Positions 24,928 through 36,726 are shown, counted from the first letter of the stretch. The stretch is DNA of 64,000 bases from an uncultured virus (IMG/VR IMGVR_UViG_3300024229_000001) (IMGVR_UViG_3300024229_000001), one strand, 5' to 3'. The notes: generated from the sequence alone by a model not told the origin. Made by a program: numbers and translations.

Positions 24928-26844
24928 ATGGCTGATAATAGAACAAATATAGAAAGCCCTAGTGTTGAGCAACTAATACCTCAGCAATTAGTAGGTGACT
25001 CTCAAGCTTTAATTGAATTCTTAAAGGAATATTATAAGTTCCTGAATCAAGATCAAGAGCCAACTCATGTAATTAACACAATTATTCAAAATAAAGATTT
25101 GGATGACGCTGTTGATGCATATATTGATATGGTTCGCAAAGAGCTTGGTCATGGAATGGCCACTAAGCTTGAAGCTAATAAAGTAAACTTATATAAACAC
25201 ATTGGTGAATTTTATAGGTCTAAAGGTTCTATTGATTCTTTTAAATTATTATTCAGGCTTCTTTTTAATAAAAACGTAGAAATTTCTCTTCCTAAAGAAC
25301 AAATTCTTGTTGCTTCTGACGGTAGATGGGTTCAGCAAACATCATTGTTTGTGAATATATCAACTGGAAATGCTTTTGACTTAGTCAACTCATTTGTTAC
25401 AATTAATAATACTAATGGTTCATCTGTAATAGTTGAAGTTGAAAGAGTAAGAAAATACGATGATTCTGGCATTTTTGAACTTATTGTTTCAAGATTATTT
25501 GTAGGTCAAATTAATGATGCTGCAACATTTACAGAAAATTCTATAACCGGGACAGTTATTAATTCTCTGTCAGCATATTCAATTAGTTATTCTGGCGAGG
25601 ATGGATTTAAAGTCGGTCAATTACTAGATGTAGTAAGTGGATCAATCACTGGAACTAAAGTTAAAGTTACTTCAGTAAATGCTACTAATGGTATTACTGG
25701 TATTGAGTTTTTAGAATTTGGAGCTAATTATCCCTCTACGGTAACACTACAAGTATCAGTAGATACAACTTCTTTAAATAATGGTATTTTAATAGGATCA
25801 GTAATTACTGATACTAGCGTAGAAAATATAGAAGCATTAAAAGTATCAAATCCAGAAAAAGCTATAATTTATTTTACAAGCACCGCGGTTTCTAGATATT
25901 CTGGATCATATTCAACTAATAAAGGGTTTCTATCTGACGACATTTACCTGCAAGATAACTTTTATTATCAGCAATACTCTTATGCAATTAAAGCTGATGA
26001 GCAGTTTTCGCAATATGAAAGTATAGTAAAGCAAACTATTCATCCATCAGGTATGATTATGTTTGGTGAATTTGAAATTACTAATGAAATTGACGCTACT
26101 GCAGCGATTCAGCTATTGGGAAGACTTTATCGCGGGTTTTACAGTGATGCAGTTAGAACAGATGATACTGATACTATAATTGATACAACAAAGCCATTAG
26201 CTCATACCGCTACTACTTCTCAATTTGTTATTTACGAATTTACTAAGGGTGTGGCAAATACTGATGATATTGTTAATACATCTGATCTACATGAAAAGTT
26301 TTCAACAAAGCCATTAGCTCATACCGCTACTACTTCTCAGCACGTATATAGAAATATAACAAAGCCTTTCGAAGAATTAATAGAGTCTCAAGATAGCAAC
26401 TTAGTTGAAGGTCCACAGGTTTATGCAAATGATTACTTTTTGCAAGATTATTCTACTGATTTAACCATTGATACTTTAAAAGGATATAAGTGGAATTTAA
26501 CAAAACCATTCTTTGAAAGCATTGCTACTTCTCAAATTGATCCCATTTTTAATTTTACTAAATCCGATACAGATTTAGTAAATACCTCGCAAATTGTTGA
26601 TAAAAATACTACAAAGCGACTTGTTGATGTTGTCGGGGCAGAATCAGAAGATTTAATCTTTGATACGCAAAAGGTATTATCGACAAACGTTTTATCAAGT
26701 GAGCAATTGTCGAATGATATGGATAAACCTTTACCTGGAGATAGTATAAATACTATTGTCGACGGGATGGCTGAGATTAATCCATATTCCCCGTTTTATT
26801 TTGAAGAACACTATTCAGGCGGCCCACGCTCTGATTTTACCTAA
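24928..26844 (+). CDS. Baseplate wedge protein gp7-like
   Basis: FLKEYY, FYRSKGS..SFKLLFRLLF, LQDNFYYQQYSY, HPSG motifs; lies between gp6 and gp8. Confidence 0.7.
   Translation: MADNRTNIESPSVEQLIPQQLVGDSQALIEFLKEYYKFLNQDQEPTHVINTIIQNKDLDDAVDAYIDMVRKELGHGMATKLEANKVNLYKHIGEFYRSKGSIDSFKLLFRLLFNKNVEISLPKEQILVASDGRWVQQTSLFVNISTGNAFDLVNSFVTINNTNGSSVIVEVERVRKYDDSGIFELIVSRLFVGQINDAATFTENSITGTVINSLSAYSISYSGEDGFKVGQLLDVVSGSITGTKVKVTSVNATNGITGIEFLEFGANYPSTVTLQVSVDTTSLNNGILIGSVITDTSVENIEALKVSNPEKAIIYFTSTAVSRYSGSYSTNKGFLSDDIYLQDNFYYQQYSYAIKADEQFSQYESIVKQTIHPSGMIMFGEFEITNEIDATAAIQLLGRLYRGFYSDAVRTDDTDTIIDTTKPLAHTATTSQFVIYEFTKGVANTDDIVNTSDLHEKFSTKPLAHTATTSQHVYRNITKPFEELIESQDSNLVEGPQVYANDYFLQDYSTDLTIDTLKGYKWNLTKPFFESIATSQIDPIFNFTKSDTDLVNTSQIVDKNTTKRLVDVVGAESEDLIFDTQKVLSTNVLSSEQLSNDMDKPLPGDSINTIVDGMAEINPYSPFYFEEHYSGGPRSDFT
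26186..26339 (+). repeat. 37-bp perfect direct repeat inside the gp7-like gene
   Basis: CAACAAAGCCATTAGCTCATACCGCTACTACTTCTCA at 26186-26222 and 26303-26339. Confidence 0.9.
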
Positions 26845-26861
26845 CTTAGGAGAAAAACCAA

Positions 26862-27305
26862 ATGTTAATGAATGAAAGCTTAAAGGCTACCGGCCAAGTC
26901 TCAGTAGAGATTTTTGATCCGTCTGGCTCTTTAAAAGAAAAAATTCACATCCCAAACCTTGTTGTAACCACAGGTAGAGACTACATTGCTCGTCGTATGG
27001 CAAACACTGACGACGCTGTGATGAGTCATATGGCTACTGGTACAGATAACACAACTCCAGCGCTTGCTGACACTACCCTTGGTACTGAAAATGGTAGAGT
27101 TGCTTTAGATTCTACTTCGGTAGCTGCTAACGTTGTAACATATCAGGCGACCTTTGCTCCTGGCACTTCAACTGGCGCGCTTGTAGAAGCTGCTGTTTTA
27201 AATGCTTCTTCTGCTGGTACAATGTTATGTCGTACAACCTTTGATGTTGTAAATAAAGCTGCTGCAGATACAATGGTTATCACTTGGGCAATTACAATCT
27301 CATAA
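26862..27305 (+). CDS. Virion structural protein (fibre-attachment-like)
   Basis: NLVVTTG, TFAPG..TGAL.EA, K...DT..ITW motif; late promoter at 26745-26752. Confidence 0.7.
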   Translation: MLMNESLKATGQVSVEIFDPSGSLKEKIHIPNLVVTTGRDYIARRMANTDDAVMSHMATGTDNTTPALADTTLGTENGRVALDSTSVAANVVTYQATFAPGTSTGALVEAAVLNASSAGTMLCRTTFDVVNKAAADTMVITWAITIS

Positions 27306-27325
27306 TAAAATAAAGAGAAGTATTA

Positions 27326-29293
27326 ATGACTGCTGTAATCACTTCATCATTTCACACCAATGTTGCTAATTCTGTTTATGAAGAAATTCAAAGTAGAAGC
27401 GCAATTTATCACTATTTTGTCGGGCAAGTGCTGGCGTGGAGTGATGAAAATGATCCCCCTGTTCCTAATGGCTCTTACGTGTATGAAAACAGCGTAAGAA
27501 ATAGTATTGTACAAACTAAGCAAATTCAAATTAATGATGTAATACATGTTCTTCCAAGAATAAATTGGGAAGCGCAAACTGTTTATGATATGTACGATGA
27601 TACTTATACTTTAGATAATACGTCAGCCACTGGAGCAACGTCATTAGCTGAAGCAGTATTTTATGTTCTTACTGAAGACTTTAATATCTATAAATGTATT
27701 TTTAATAACAACGGTGGAGCTTCTACTGTACAACCAACTGGAACTAGTGCCAATTACATAGAAACCGGTGATGGATATGTTTGGAAATTTATTGCCTTTA
27801 TTCCTTTAGGTTTAAGAAATAAATTCCTAACTACTGCGTTTATGCCTATTACAAGGTCTATTAAAAATAGGTATTACTCAGAAGGAACAATTACTTCTTA
27901 TAATATTTTAGATGGCGGTCAAGACTATGATCCAAATGAAACATATGCTGTTATTAGTGGGGATGGCTCTGGCCCATATGCAAAAAGACTATCATCTATA
28001 GTAACTTATGACGTTCAATATAAAGACGGAACTAACGAGAATGGTTTTGGAAAAAAATTCTATATAGACAATACCGTAGCTCCAGAATTATATTTAGTTG
28101 AAGAAAACACTTATAGATTTGACCAATCACATTCAAATAATTCTGGTATAACTATTAAGTTTTCAACAACAGACGATGGAACTTGGCATAGTGGTACCGA
28201 ATATACAACGGGTGTAACTTATGTTGGAACACCTGGTACTTCTGGTGCATACACACAAATTGTAGTTCCTGAGAGTGCTCCAGATTTATACTATTATAGC
28301 GAAAACGATGAATACGCTGGAAATCAAGTTTACACGTTACAGAACGCTGGAGTAGAAGGTCAAGCAAATATTCAACTTGTAATCGAAAACGGTGTTATCA
28401 CGGGCTTACAAATTTTAGATGGTGGATACGGTTATACTTCTGCAAATTTAAGTATTGCTAAAGATATTGGTGATCCTGGAACTGGAGGATCAATTACTTT
28501 AAATCTTTCAGAAGGTGACTTGGCAACACAACAATCGAACGTTGAGCTTCTTGCTGTTGACGGAGAAATAAGTTATGTCGTAATTGAAAATGGTGGCACT
28601 GGATATACTAGTGCCAATATTGTTATCACAGGCGATGGTACTGGGGCGGATTTTGATGCTGTATTAGATGCAAATGGAACAATTGCTGGTGTAACTATCA
28701 ACAGTAAAGGATCTGGATATAGTTTTGCTAATATAGTTATTACTGGGGATGGCAACGACGCGTCCGCCAGAGCAATTATGGCCCCAACTGGAGGTCATGG
28801 GTCGAATGCTCCAGCAGAATTAATATCAGACACTCTTTGCTTTTATACTTCTTTTGAAAATGAAGCTATTCAAGGTCTTCAAGTTGATAACGAATATCGA
28901 CAAATTGGAATTATTAAAGACGTTATGGATTTTGGATCTATACATACAAAGTTTAATAACGAATTAGGTTCTGCGTGTTATGCAATCACTGGTACTTTTA
29001 GTGGAAGTGATTTTCCAGAAGATGCCGATATTATAACCTTTGATGATACAAAAACATTAAAGATTGTATCATCAAACGATAATTCAATGCTAGTTCAATC
29101 TTTAGATGGATCAGTTCCCGTAGATGCTGAAACATATTACAATACCGAAAAAACAATTTCTTTCACTGTTACAAATTTAATAGATCCAACTATTAATAAA
29201 TTTTCTGGAAATATGTTGTACGTTGACAATAAGCAAGCATTTACACCATCTGGCGAACAGTTTGTGGTCTTCAGAACATTCATTAAATTCTAA
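27326..29293 (+). CDS. gp8: Baseplate wedge protein gp8-like with insertions
   Basis: YKCIFNN, DGYVWKF, GGHG.N...EL, YRQIGII motifs. Confidence 0.8.
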   Translation: MTAVITSSFHTNVANSVYEEIQSRSAIYHYFVGQVLAWSDENDPPVPNGSYVYENSVRNSIVQTKQIQINDVIHVLPRINWEAQTVYDMYDDTYTLDNTSATGATSLAEAVFYVLTEDFNIYKCIFNNNGGASTVQPTGTSANYIETGDGYVWKFIAFIPLGLRNKFLTTAFMPITRSIKNRYYSEGTITSYNILDGGQDYDPNETYAVISGDGSGPYAKRLSSIVTYDVQYKDGTNENGFGKKFYIDNTVAPELYLVEENTYRFDQSHSNNSGITIKFSTTDDGTWHSGTEYTTGVTYVGTPGTSGAYTQIVVPESAPDLYYYSENDEYAGNQVYTLQNAGVEGQANIQLVIENGVITGLQILDGGYGYTSANLSIAKDIGDPGTGGSITLNLSEGDLATQQSNVELLAVDGEISYVVIENGGTGYTSANIVITGDGTGADFDAVLDANGTIAGVTINSKGSGYSFANIVITGDGNDASARAIMAPTGGHGSNAPAELISDTLCFYTSFENEAIQGLQVDNEYRQIGIIKDVMDFGSIHTKFNNELGSACYAITGTFSGSDFPEDADIITFDDTKTLKIVSSNDNSMLVQSLDGSVPVDAETYYNTEKTISFTVTNLIDPTINKFSGNMLYVDNKQAFTPSGEQFVVFRTFIKF

Positions 29294-29340
29294 CTTATAA
29301 ATAAATGTAACAGATTAATTCAAATTAGAGTGTAGCAACA

Positions 29341-32300
29341 ATGACAATAAATTTTAATACTGATCCTTACTACGATGATTATGATGAAACAAAAGATTTT
29401 TATAGAATCTTATTTCGTCCTGGTGTCGCAGTGCAGGCCCGTGAGCTTACACAAATCCAAACAATTCTACAAAAACAGGTAAGTAGAGTTGGCGATCATC
29501 TTTTTAAAAATGGTAGTCAAATTATTCCAGGATCAGTTAATGTAGATAATGATGTACACTTTGCTAAATTAAATACTACTTTCAATTCTGTTGAAGTTAC
29601 TACTTATTTAAGTAGTTTCCAGAATATGATTATTACTGGATCTACATCTGGAGTTACTGCAGTTGTTTTAGATTCTTCAGAATGTAATTGCGTTATTGAT
29701 GGTACTACTCCAACACTTTATTTTAAATACGAATCAACGGCAGCTGACGGAGAAACTAAAAGATTTATTCCAGGCGAAAATCTTGTTGCTACAGTTGCCG
29801 ATAATACTGTTGCTAATAACTATCGCTTAACTACTCCTTTAGCAGCAGAAATGTCTGTCACTATTTCTGCTCCAGTTGGAAATACTACTTACACTAATAA
29901 TGCAAATACAGACGTCATTGGGCGTGGATACGTAGTTGAAGTTAAAGAAGGTATTTACTACATTGATGGGTTCTTTGTTAGAAATGAAGAGCTTCACCTA
30001 TATACCGGTAGATTTTCAAATACTCCAACTGCTCGGGTTGGTTTTAAAGTTGTAGAAGAAACTATTACTCCAGAAGCTGACACTACACTTCTTGATCCTG
30101 CACAAGGTACATATAACTATACCGCACCAGGTGGTCATAGATATAAGATTTCTTTAGAGCTTACTGAGTTACCTGAAGAATCTAGCGGTACAGATAGCAT
30201 TAAGTTTGTTGAACTTGTTCGCTTAAAAAATGGTCAAGTTCAAAGCAAAATTAACAGAACATCATATGCTGAGCTTGAAAAGGCTATGGCTAGACGTACG
30301 TATGACGCAAATGGCCATTTTGAAGTTAATAAGTTTAAGCTTAACAAGCGTGAGCATTTGGATGATACCACAAACAATGGTGTTTACTTAGATGCCGACG
30401 GTGGAGATGATTCTAAGTTTGTATTAAGCATTGATCCAGGTCGGGCATATGTTTATGGATACGAGGTTGAAGCCATTGCAACTACATTTGTAGATTTTGA
30501 TAAAGCTCGTGGAGACGATCATACAGTTGAATTACAGCAGCAACCAATTGGCACACCCGTTGGTAACTATTTGCTTGTTGATAAAGTTCAAGCATACGCT
30601 CCTGACTTTGAAGCTTTCGAAGAAATTGATCTTGTTCGCAAATATACTTCTGTTGACGAAACAAACCACTTTGCTCCAGGATCATTGAGCTCATTCGACG
30701 AAAAAGTTGGTACAGCACGAGTAAAATCCTTTGAGCTTCACTCAGGTTCTTATTCGTCAAATCCTATATTTAAGCTTGGTTTATTTGATATTAAAATGAA
30801 GCCTGGATACTCGTTTACAGATGATGTAAATGGATACCGCGAGGCTGGTCAAACTATTGGTAATATTTGTGGCGGTGGCAACATTGTTGTAGATCCAGAT
30901 GTTGGATACGTAACTGGCACAGCGACAAACTCTGCTACTACAATTACTGGCGTTGGTACTCTTTTTGAACAAGAGTTTGCGGCCGGCGACGTTGTAGTAA
31001 TTAATGGTGGAGTTGTTGGACAGGTTCATACTGTCGATTCAAATACTCAAATTACGGTTACTGGTACTACTGATGTTTCAACATCTTATAGTGGTCGTGT
31101 ACAAAAATTAAAAGCAATTTTACAAGATTCAGAATATCCTAATCTAATTTACCCTGTAGGCTATCAATATATTGATTCACTTTATAATACTGATGGCACC
31201 AGAGAAGGAACACTGACGGTACGTAGAATTCTTTCTGATACAACAGATGGCGCTGGAACTTGGTCATTTACACTTACGACTCAAGGAGAAACATATCTCT
31301 CTGATCAAGACCTTGAAAATTATACGCTATTTGATTCAAGTGGTAATGTTGTTAATATTGATTCAGGCGACATTTCTTTTGATTCTGATTCTAATAGAAA
31401 AACAGTATTTATTTCTGGCTTAAGTAACAATGTCGCTTATACTCTTGCAACTACAATTCGTCAATCTGGCACAATTGGTGCTGAAAAAACTAAAACACTT
31501 CAAGAAGATTTTGTAGAAACAATCACTGGTAAGAAAACAGTTACAGCTCAAAGAATTACTCTTTCAAAAGGCGATGTGTTTGGAATTAAAGATATTCGAG
31601 TTACACCTGGTAATTATTTAGCATATGATGCAAATAACTCTATTTCAATTCTAAATAGTTTTACTCTTGACGATGGTCAAAGGCCAACACACTACCAAGC
31701 AGCAGAATTAGTTTTAAAGGCTACAAAAAAGGTTCCATCTGGAGCACTTCAGGTAACTTATGATTACTTTACGCATTCGGCTAGTGGCAATTACTTTACC
31801 GTTGACTCATACACTCGCCCAGATAACCCAGCTGTTGGTATTGACTATGGTCTAATTGGTACCACTAATTTTGATAATGGCGAAACAGTCAACCTCGCTG
31901 ATGTTATTGATTTCCGACCAATTATTTCTGGCGATAATACAACGTCACCGGAATTACCGGCTGTTGGTTCGGATTTAACAACTGATCTTGCTTATTATAT
32001 GGCTCGAATTGACAAACTTCTATTAACATCAAAGGGTGAGTGGAAAGTTATTAAAGGGGTTCCATCAATTGATCCTCAAGAGCCGGCTGATTCTGATGAC
32101 GGAATGATTGTTGCTACAATCTTTATTCCTCCATATACAAAGCAAGTTGGAGATGTAAAATTACGTCAACGCGATAACAGAAGATATACCTTTAAAGATT
32201 TAGGCAATATGGATCGTCGTATGGCTTCTATGGAAGAATACGTTGCTCTTGACCAACTTGAAAAACTTACAGCTGATCTTCAAATCACTGACGCTACTAC

Positions 32301-35300
32301 TGGTATTGATAGATTTAAGAATGGATTTATTACTGATCAGTTTACTGGTCACTCACTTGGCGACGTCAAACGGGATGATTACAGATTTGCTGTAGACGCT
32401 ACAAATAAACTTGGCCGGCCTATGCATTTCACATCTTCATTAGATATTATTGAAGATGTTTCTGATCAAGCCGAAAGAGCTGCTACTAGTTATCAAAAAA
32501 CAGGTGACGTAATTACGCTACCTTATACTGAAGAGTCACTAATTTTTAATCCGTATGGCTCTAGAACTATTGATGTTAACCCATATAAAATTGGCGCTTT
32601 CAAAGGAGAAATAACATTAAATCCAGAAGGCGATAATTGGAAAGAAACTGATCGCCGTCCTGATCTTACAGTTACTGATGATAATGGTTATGATGCAATC
32701 AAATTTATTGCAGATGAAATTGGTATTACTGGTACTCAATGGAACGAATGGGAAACTAACTGGACTGGATCTTCTACTTCAACTAGAACTTGGCAAACAG
32801 GTGACCCAAATAGAAGACGCCAAACGGTTACAGGTTATGAAGAAACAGTAACAACTATTACTGGTTTAGATTCAAGAACTGGTGTTCAAACAAATATTTC
32901 TTCTACTGTAAATTCTCAAAACTATGGCGATAGAGTTGTAGATCTTTCTTATATTCCATATATGAGATCTCGTCCTGTTGTATTTACAGCTAAAAACTTG
33001 AAGCCAGATACTAAATTCTTTCCTTTCTTTGATGACAAATCTGTGACGTCTTATGTGACACCGGCTCAAGTATTTAAAGTATCTTTATCTTCGGCTGCTT
33101 CTTATATCGACTTTGATCCTGTAAATCTACAACAAGGTGTTATTACTGATCAATTTGAAAGAACCGAAAATGGTAAAGTAGAAGCTGCATACGCAGTAGG
33201 TGATGTAGTTAAAAACTCTACGCATACCGCTACAAATATTGATAGTATTACTAATTTAATATCTGCTGGATCTTCGTTTAATATTGATGTTGCTAATGCG
33301 ACTGGGATTGCTCCAGGTCATCATGTTATGTTTTATAACTTAGGCGCTAATAGAGCAATTGATGCTTCTCCCTCAAATAATAATATCGCAATCCCAGAAT
33401 CTACAATTACAGATTATAGCAGAAGCACTTCTTCTGAATTAAACTTGAAGAAATTTAAAGTAACAGGAGTTTCTGGCACAACAATTACTCTTGAAAACAT
33501 TGATGGATCTAATATTGCAGCGTTCTCTGCATATGACTTAACTGCTTATACTGGTGATGCTGGTAAGTTATTAAGACTTACTGCTTCGGGTGTAGTTGCA
33601 TTCCAAGGTGTTCTTGACGATGAAACTGCTCCAACTACTACAAACCGCTTTATCCATGTTGTTAATGTTAAAAATGGATTTGCTGTAGGTGAAACTATTA
33701 CTGGCGTAATTACAACAGCTGGTGGTCAAATTAACTCTGTAGATATTGAAGAAATTAATGGCTCAACAAGCCTTACTTCAGCTCCAACAGTATATTCATC
33801 AGCCGATGATTTAAGAACAGATACTTGGGGCTCTGCAATTGGCGTATTTAATATTCCAAATACAGATGCTCTTGCATTCCGTACAGGTGAACGTAGATTC
33901 AAGCTTATTGATAATCGTACTAATAACGATGCTGACTTTGACTCAAAAGGTTCAGCGGTTTATTATTCAACTGGTATCTCATTATCAAAAGAAGCAACGG
34001 TTGTTAACTCAAGAGATGTAAGATTTGTTGAAGATAGATTATATGAAGAACTTCCAGTTCGACGTACATCGACATCTCAACGAGTTCTATATAGCTATTA
34101 TACTGGACATGACCCAGTGGCGCAAACGTTTACTGTTAATTCAGATGGCGGAGCTTCAGTAACTTCTGTAGATATTTTCTTTTCAGAAGCAGGTAATAGA
34201 CCAATTACAGTTGAGTTGCGCACAACAAACCAAGGTGTTCCATCAACTAAAATTATTCCATTTTCAGCTATAACTAAGACTCCTCAAGAAGTTAGTGTTT
34301 CGGCTGATGGCTCAGTTGCGACAACATTTACGTTTGATTCTCCAGTCTACTTGATGGAAGGTGAAACCTATGCATTGATTGTTAAAACTGATGAACCAGG
34401 TTGTAGATTCTTTATCTCTGAAGTTGGCCAAACCGACGTTGTCACAGGTAACGTAATTACATCTCAACCTTTAACTGGTTCATTATATCTATCACAAAAT
34501 AGCTTGGAATTTGAAATTAATCCGCTTTATGATATGAAGTTTAATCTTCGTAAAGCTTTATATTCTACAAATGATATAAATGTTGATTTAAAAGTTGCTA
34601 CACCTGAATCAATTACACTTCAGTCTAACCCATTTACAATTGCGACGGGAACTAATAAAGTTCGTGTAGCAGCAAGGAATCATGGGTTTAGAGCAAATGA
34701 TGTTGTTGTAATTTCAAATGTAGCAGAAGCTGTCTACGGGGCTGATGGAACAAATGGTATTCCAGTAGATCTATTAAATGGTCAACATACAGTCGCATCA
34801 ACTGGACTAGATAAAGATTCATTCATTATTGAAGTTGAAACCGAGGATAGTAACAGCGAATCATTAATCACCGGAACATTAGATGATCTAGTTCGCGGTG
34901 AATACGGTGGTGAAGGTATCTTATGCACTCGCCAATTAAATATGGATATGATGTATCTTAAATCTGGTGCTGTATCTGTAAAAGGAGCAAACATCGACTG
35001 GTATGTTAATCATGAATCGTTTGGAAATAATGTTTATAGGCCAATTGTTGGTGATTCAAACTATATGTTTGACGAAAGACAAACTATTAAGTCTTATGAA
35101 AACCAAACAATTATTCAAGCATCCCCACTTGTTAAAAGAAGTTCAGTATTAGTTAGAGCAACTTTATCTACAGACAATGTCAATGTATCACCACAACTTG
35201 ATTTACAAAAGGGTGCTGCTTACATTGTTTCTAACTTAATTAATGATAGTTCTGAAAACTTAGTAAATGTTCCAGAATTAGATGCAACAGATCTTTATAC

Positions 35301-36468
35301 TCCTGCTCTCGAAAGTGTAACAGAAACTGATACAAAGGGTTCTGGAATTGGCACTGCAACAGTGACTTCTGGAAATACAGCAGTAACAATTTCTGCATCG
35401 GGTGATGATATTACTTGGATGGCTGAAGCTGGTGATTATTTACTTAATTCTTCTGGAACCTTTGTGGGAGAAATTCATGATGTAAATAGTGCTTCATCAA
35501 TTACTCTAAGATCTGGAGCTGCTGTACCTATGTCGGCAGAAGCATTCCAAATTCAAAACAATAATCATGTTAAGTTTTATGATCTTGGTACAAAAGGTAT
35601 TATTGAAACAAGCTTTGATACTGCCGATAACTTACTTGCAAACGCTTCTATTGGTAAATATATTACAGTTAACTCAATCTCTGATATTGTAAATGGCACT
35701 CACCAAATTGAAGATATTGTAATTGAGGCAGCAGATCCGGATCGTCCTGGAAATACTGATGGCGATAGAATTACTATTACACTAGCTGCTCCATTTAATA
35801 TTGATGGTGTGATGAGACTTAATATTGTTGCTGATACTTTTGATTTTTATGGGTCTGGAAGTATTACAACAAACGGTTCGACAACTGTGATAGGCTCTGG
35901 TGGTACCAACTTTGTAGAAGAAGTAAATATTGGTGATAAACTAATTAGTTTAGATGGAACTACATTGGGCGAGGTTGCTTCTATTACTTCTGTTACTGAG
36001 CTTGAACTGACTAGCTCTTCAGCTGCTACTATTAGTGGTGAAGATTATACAGTTCGTAAAGAACTTGGACCATCACCAACTTATTCGATCCAACAATTAG
36101 ATAAGTTTGTTGAAGACTATGCTCCTGCTGGATCATATAACTATGCAAACTATATTACTCGTCCATTATACTTAAATGAACCTGCTGACTCTATTAAAAT
36201 GATATTTGATGCTGAAGTATTACCTTCAACAGATATTGATGTATATTACAGAACAGCAGTTGGCACAGAAGATATTCACTCTAAGATTTTTACCAATACG
36301 AACTTTATAAATAATACTATAAACCCAGAAGGTGAATTTACTCAAAGAGAAATTGACATTAGTGATATTGACCCTTATACAAGAGTTGTTATTAAGATTG
36401 TAATGAAATCGTCTAATCCAGTAAATGTGCCAAAAATTAAAAACTTAAGGCTTATTGCATACTCATAA
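29341..36468 (+). CDS. Large virion structural protein (DUF4815/VrlC-like, 2375 aa)
   Basis: PYYDDY...FYRILFRPG.AVQARELTQIQT, RFKNGFITD.F, DPVAQTF motifs; late promoter at 29296-29303. Confidence 0.85.
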   Translation: MTINFNTDPYYDDYDETKDFYRILFRPGVAVQARELTQIQTILQKQVSRVGDHLFKNGSQIIPGSVNVDNDVHFAKLNTTFNSVEVTTYLSSFQNMIITGSTSGVTAVVLDSSECNCVIDGTTPTLYFKYESTAADGETKRFIPGENLVATVADNTVANNYRLTTPLAAEMSVTISAPVGNTTYTNNANTDVIGRGYVVEVKEGIYYIDGFFVRNEELHLYTGRFSNTPTARVGFKVVEETITPEADTTLLDPAQGTYNYTAPGGHRYKISLELTELPEESSGTDSIKFVELVRLKNGQVQSKINRTSYAELEKAMARRTYDANGHFEVNKFKLNKREHLDDTTNNGVYLDADGGDDSKFVLSIDPGRAYVYGYEVEAIATTFVDFDKARGDDHTVELQQQPIGTPVGNYLLVDKVQAYAPDFEAFEEIDLVRKYTSVDETNHFAPGSLSSFDEKVGTARVKSFELHSGSYSSNPIFKLGLFDIKMKPGYSFTDDVNGYREAGQTIGNICGGGNIVVDPDVGYVTGTATNSATTITGVGTLFEQEFAAGDVVVINGGVVGQVHTVDSNTQITVTGTTDVSTSYSGRVQKLKAILQDSEYPNLIYPVGYQYIDSLYNTDGTREGTLTVRRILSDTTDGAGTWSFTLTTQGETYLSDQDLENYTLFDSSGNVVNIDSGDISFDSDSNRKTVFISGLSNNVAYTLATTIRQSGTIGAEKTKTLQEDFVETITGKKTVTAQRITLSKGDVFGIKDIRVTPGNYLAYDANNSISILNSFTLDDGQRPTHYQAAELVLKATKKVPSGALQVTYDYFTHSASGNYFTVDSYTRPDNPAVGIDYGLIGTTNFDNGETVNLADVIDFRPIISGDNTTSPELPAVGSDLTTDLAYYMARIDKLLLTSKGEWKVIKGVPSIDPQEPADSDDGMIVATIFIPPYTKQVGDVKLRQRDNRRYTFKDLGNMDRRMASMEEYVALDQLEKLTADLQITDATTGIDRFKNGFITDQFTGHSLGDVKRDDYRFAVDATNKLGRPMHFTSSLDIIEDVSDQAERAATSYQKTGDVITLPYTEESLIFNPYGSRTIDVNPYKIGAFKGEITLNPEGDNWKETDRRPDLTVTDDNGYDAIKFIADEIGITGTQWNEWETNWTGSSTSTRTWQTGDPNRRRQTVTGYEETVTTITGLDSRTGVQTNISSTVNSQNYGDRVVDLSYIPYMRSRPVVFTAKNLKPDTKFFPFFDDKSVTSYVTPAQVFKVSLSSAASYIDFDPVNLQQGVITDQFERTENGKVEAAYAVGDVVKNSTHTATNIDSITNLISAGSSFNIDVANATGIAPGHHVMFYNLGANRAIDASPSNNNIAIPESTITDYSRSTSSELNLKKFKVTGVSGTTITLENIDGSNIAAFSAYDLTAYTGDAGKLLRLTASGVVAFQGVLDDETAPTTTNRFIHVVNVKNGFAVGETITGVITTAGGQINSVDIEEINGSTSLTSAPTVYSSADDLRTDTWGSAIGVFNIPNTDALAFRTGERRFKLIDNRTNNDADFDSKGSAVYYSTGISLSKEATVVNSRDVRFVEDRLYEELPVRRTSTSQRVLYSYYTGHDPVAQTFTVNSDGGASVTSVDIFFSEAGNRPITVELRTTNQGVPSTKIIPFSAITKTPQEVSVSADGSVATTFTFDSPVYLMEGETYALIVKTDEPGCRFFISEVGQTDVVTGNVITSQPLTGSLYLSQNSLEFEINPLYDMKFNLRKALYSTNDINVDLKVATPESITLQSNPFTIATGTNKVRVAARNHGFRANDVVVISNVAEAVYGADGTNGIPVDLLNGQHTVASTGLDKDSFIIEVETEDSNSESLITGTLDDLVRGEYGGEGILCTRQLNMDMMYLKSGAVSVKGANIDWYVNHESFGNNVYRPIVGDSNYMFDERQTIKSYENQTIIQASPLVKRSSVLVRATLSTDNVNVSPQLDLQKGAAYIVSNLINDSSENLVNVPELDATDLYTPALESVTETDTKGSGIGTATVTSGNTAVTISASGDDITWMAEAGDYLLNSSGTFVGEIHDVNSASSITLRSGAAVPMSAEAFQIQNNNHVKFYDLGTKGIIETSFDTADNLLANASIGKYITVNSISDIVNGTHQIEDIVIEAADPDRPGNTDGDRITITLAAPFNIDGVMRLNIVADTFDFYGSGSITTNGSTTVIGSGGTNFVEEVNIGDKLISLDGTTLGEVASITSVTELELTSSSAATISGEDYTVRKELGPSPTYSIQQLDKFVEDYAPAGSYNYANYITRPLYLNEPADSIKMIFDAEVLPSTDIDVYYRTAVGTEDIHSKIFTNTNFINNTINPEGEFTQREIDISDIDPYTRVVIKIVMKSSNPVNVPKIKNLRLIAYS

Positions 36469-36716
36469 TGACTCGATTATCTGTACAAGGTTATTCTAAT
36501 TTAGTAAAAGATCCCACTTCTGGTGGGATCGTAAATAATGACCCAAAAGCTTTTGCTGAGTATAAGAAAAAAAGAGAAATAGCTTTACAAAATATTAATG
36601 AAAAAAATGCTCTTGAAAACCGAGTAATAGACGTTGAAAAAGATATAAATAAAGTTAAATCGGACGTCAATGATATTAAAAATATGCTACAGAGCATTAT
36701 TGACAAATTAATTTAG
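36468..36716 (+). CDS. Small coiled-coil virion-associated protein
   Basis: V.GYSNLVKD..SGGIVN plus heptad repeats, typical after DUF4815 genes. Confidence 0.7.
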   Translation: MTRLSVQGYSNLVKDPTSGGIVNNDPKAFAEYKKKREIALQNINEKNALENRVIDVEKDINKVKSDVNDIKNMLQSIIDKLI

Positions 36717-36726
36717 GAAAATACTG

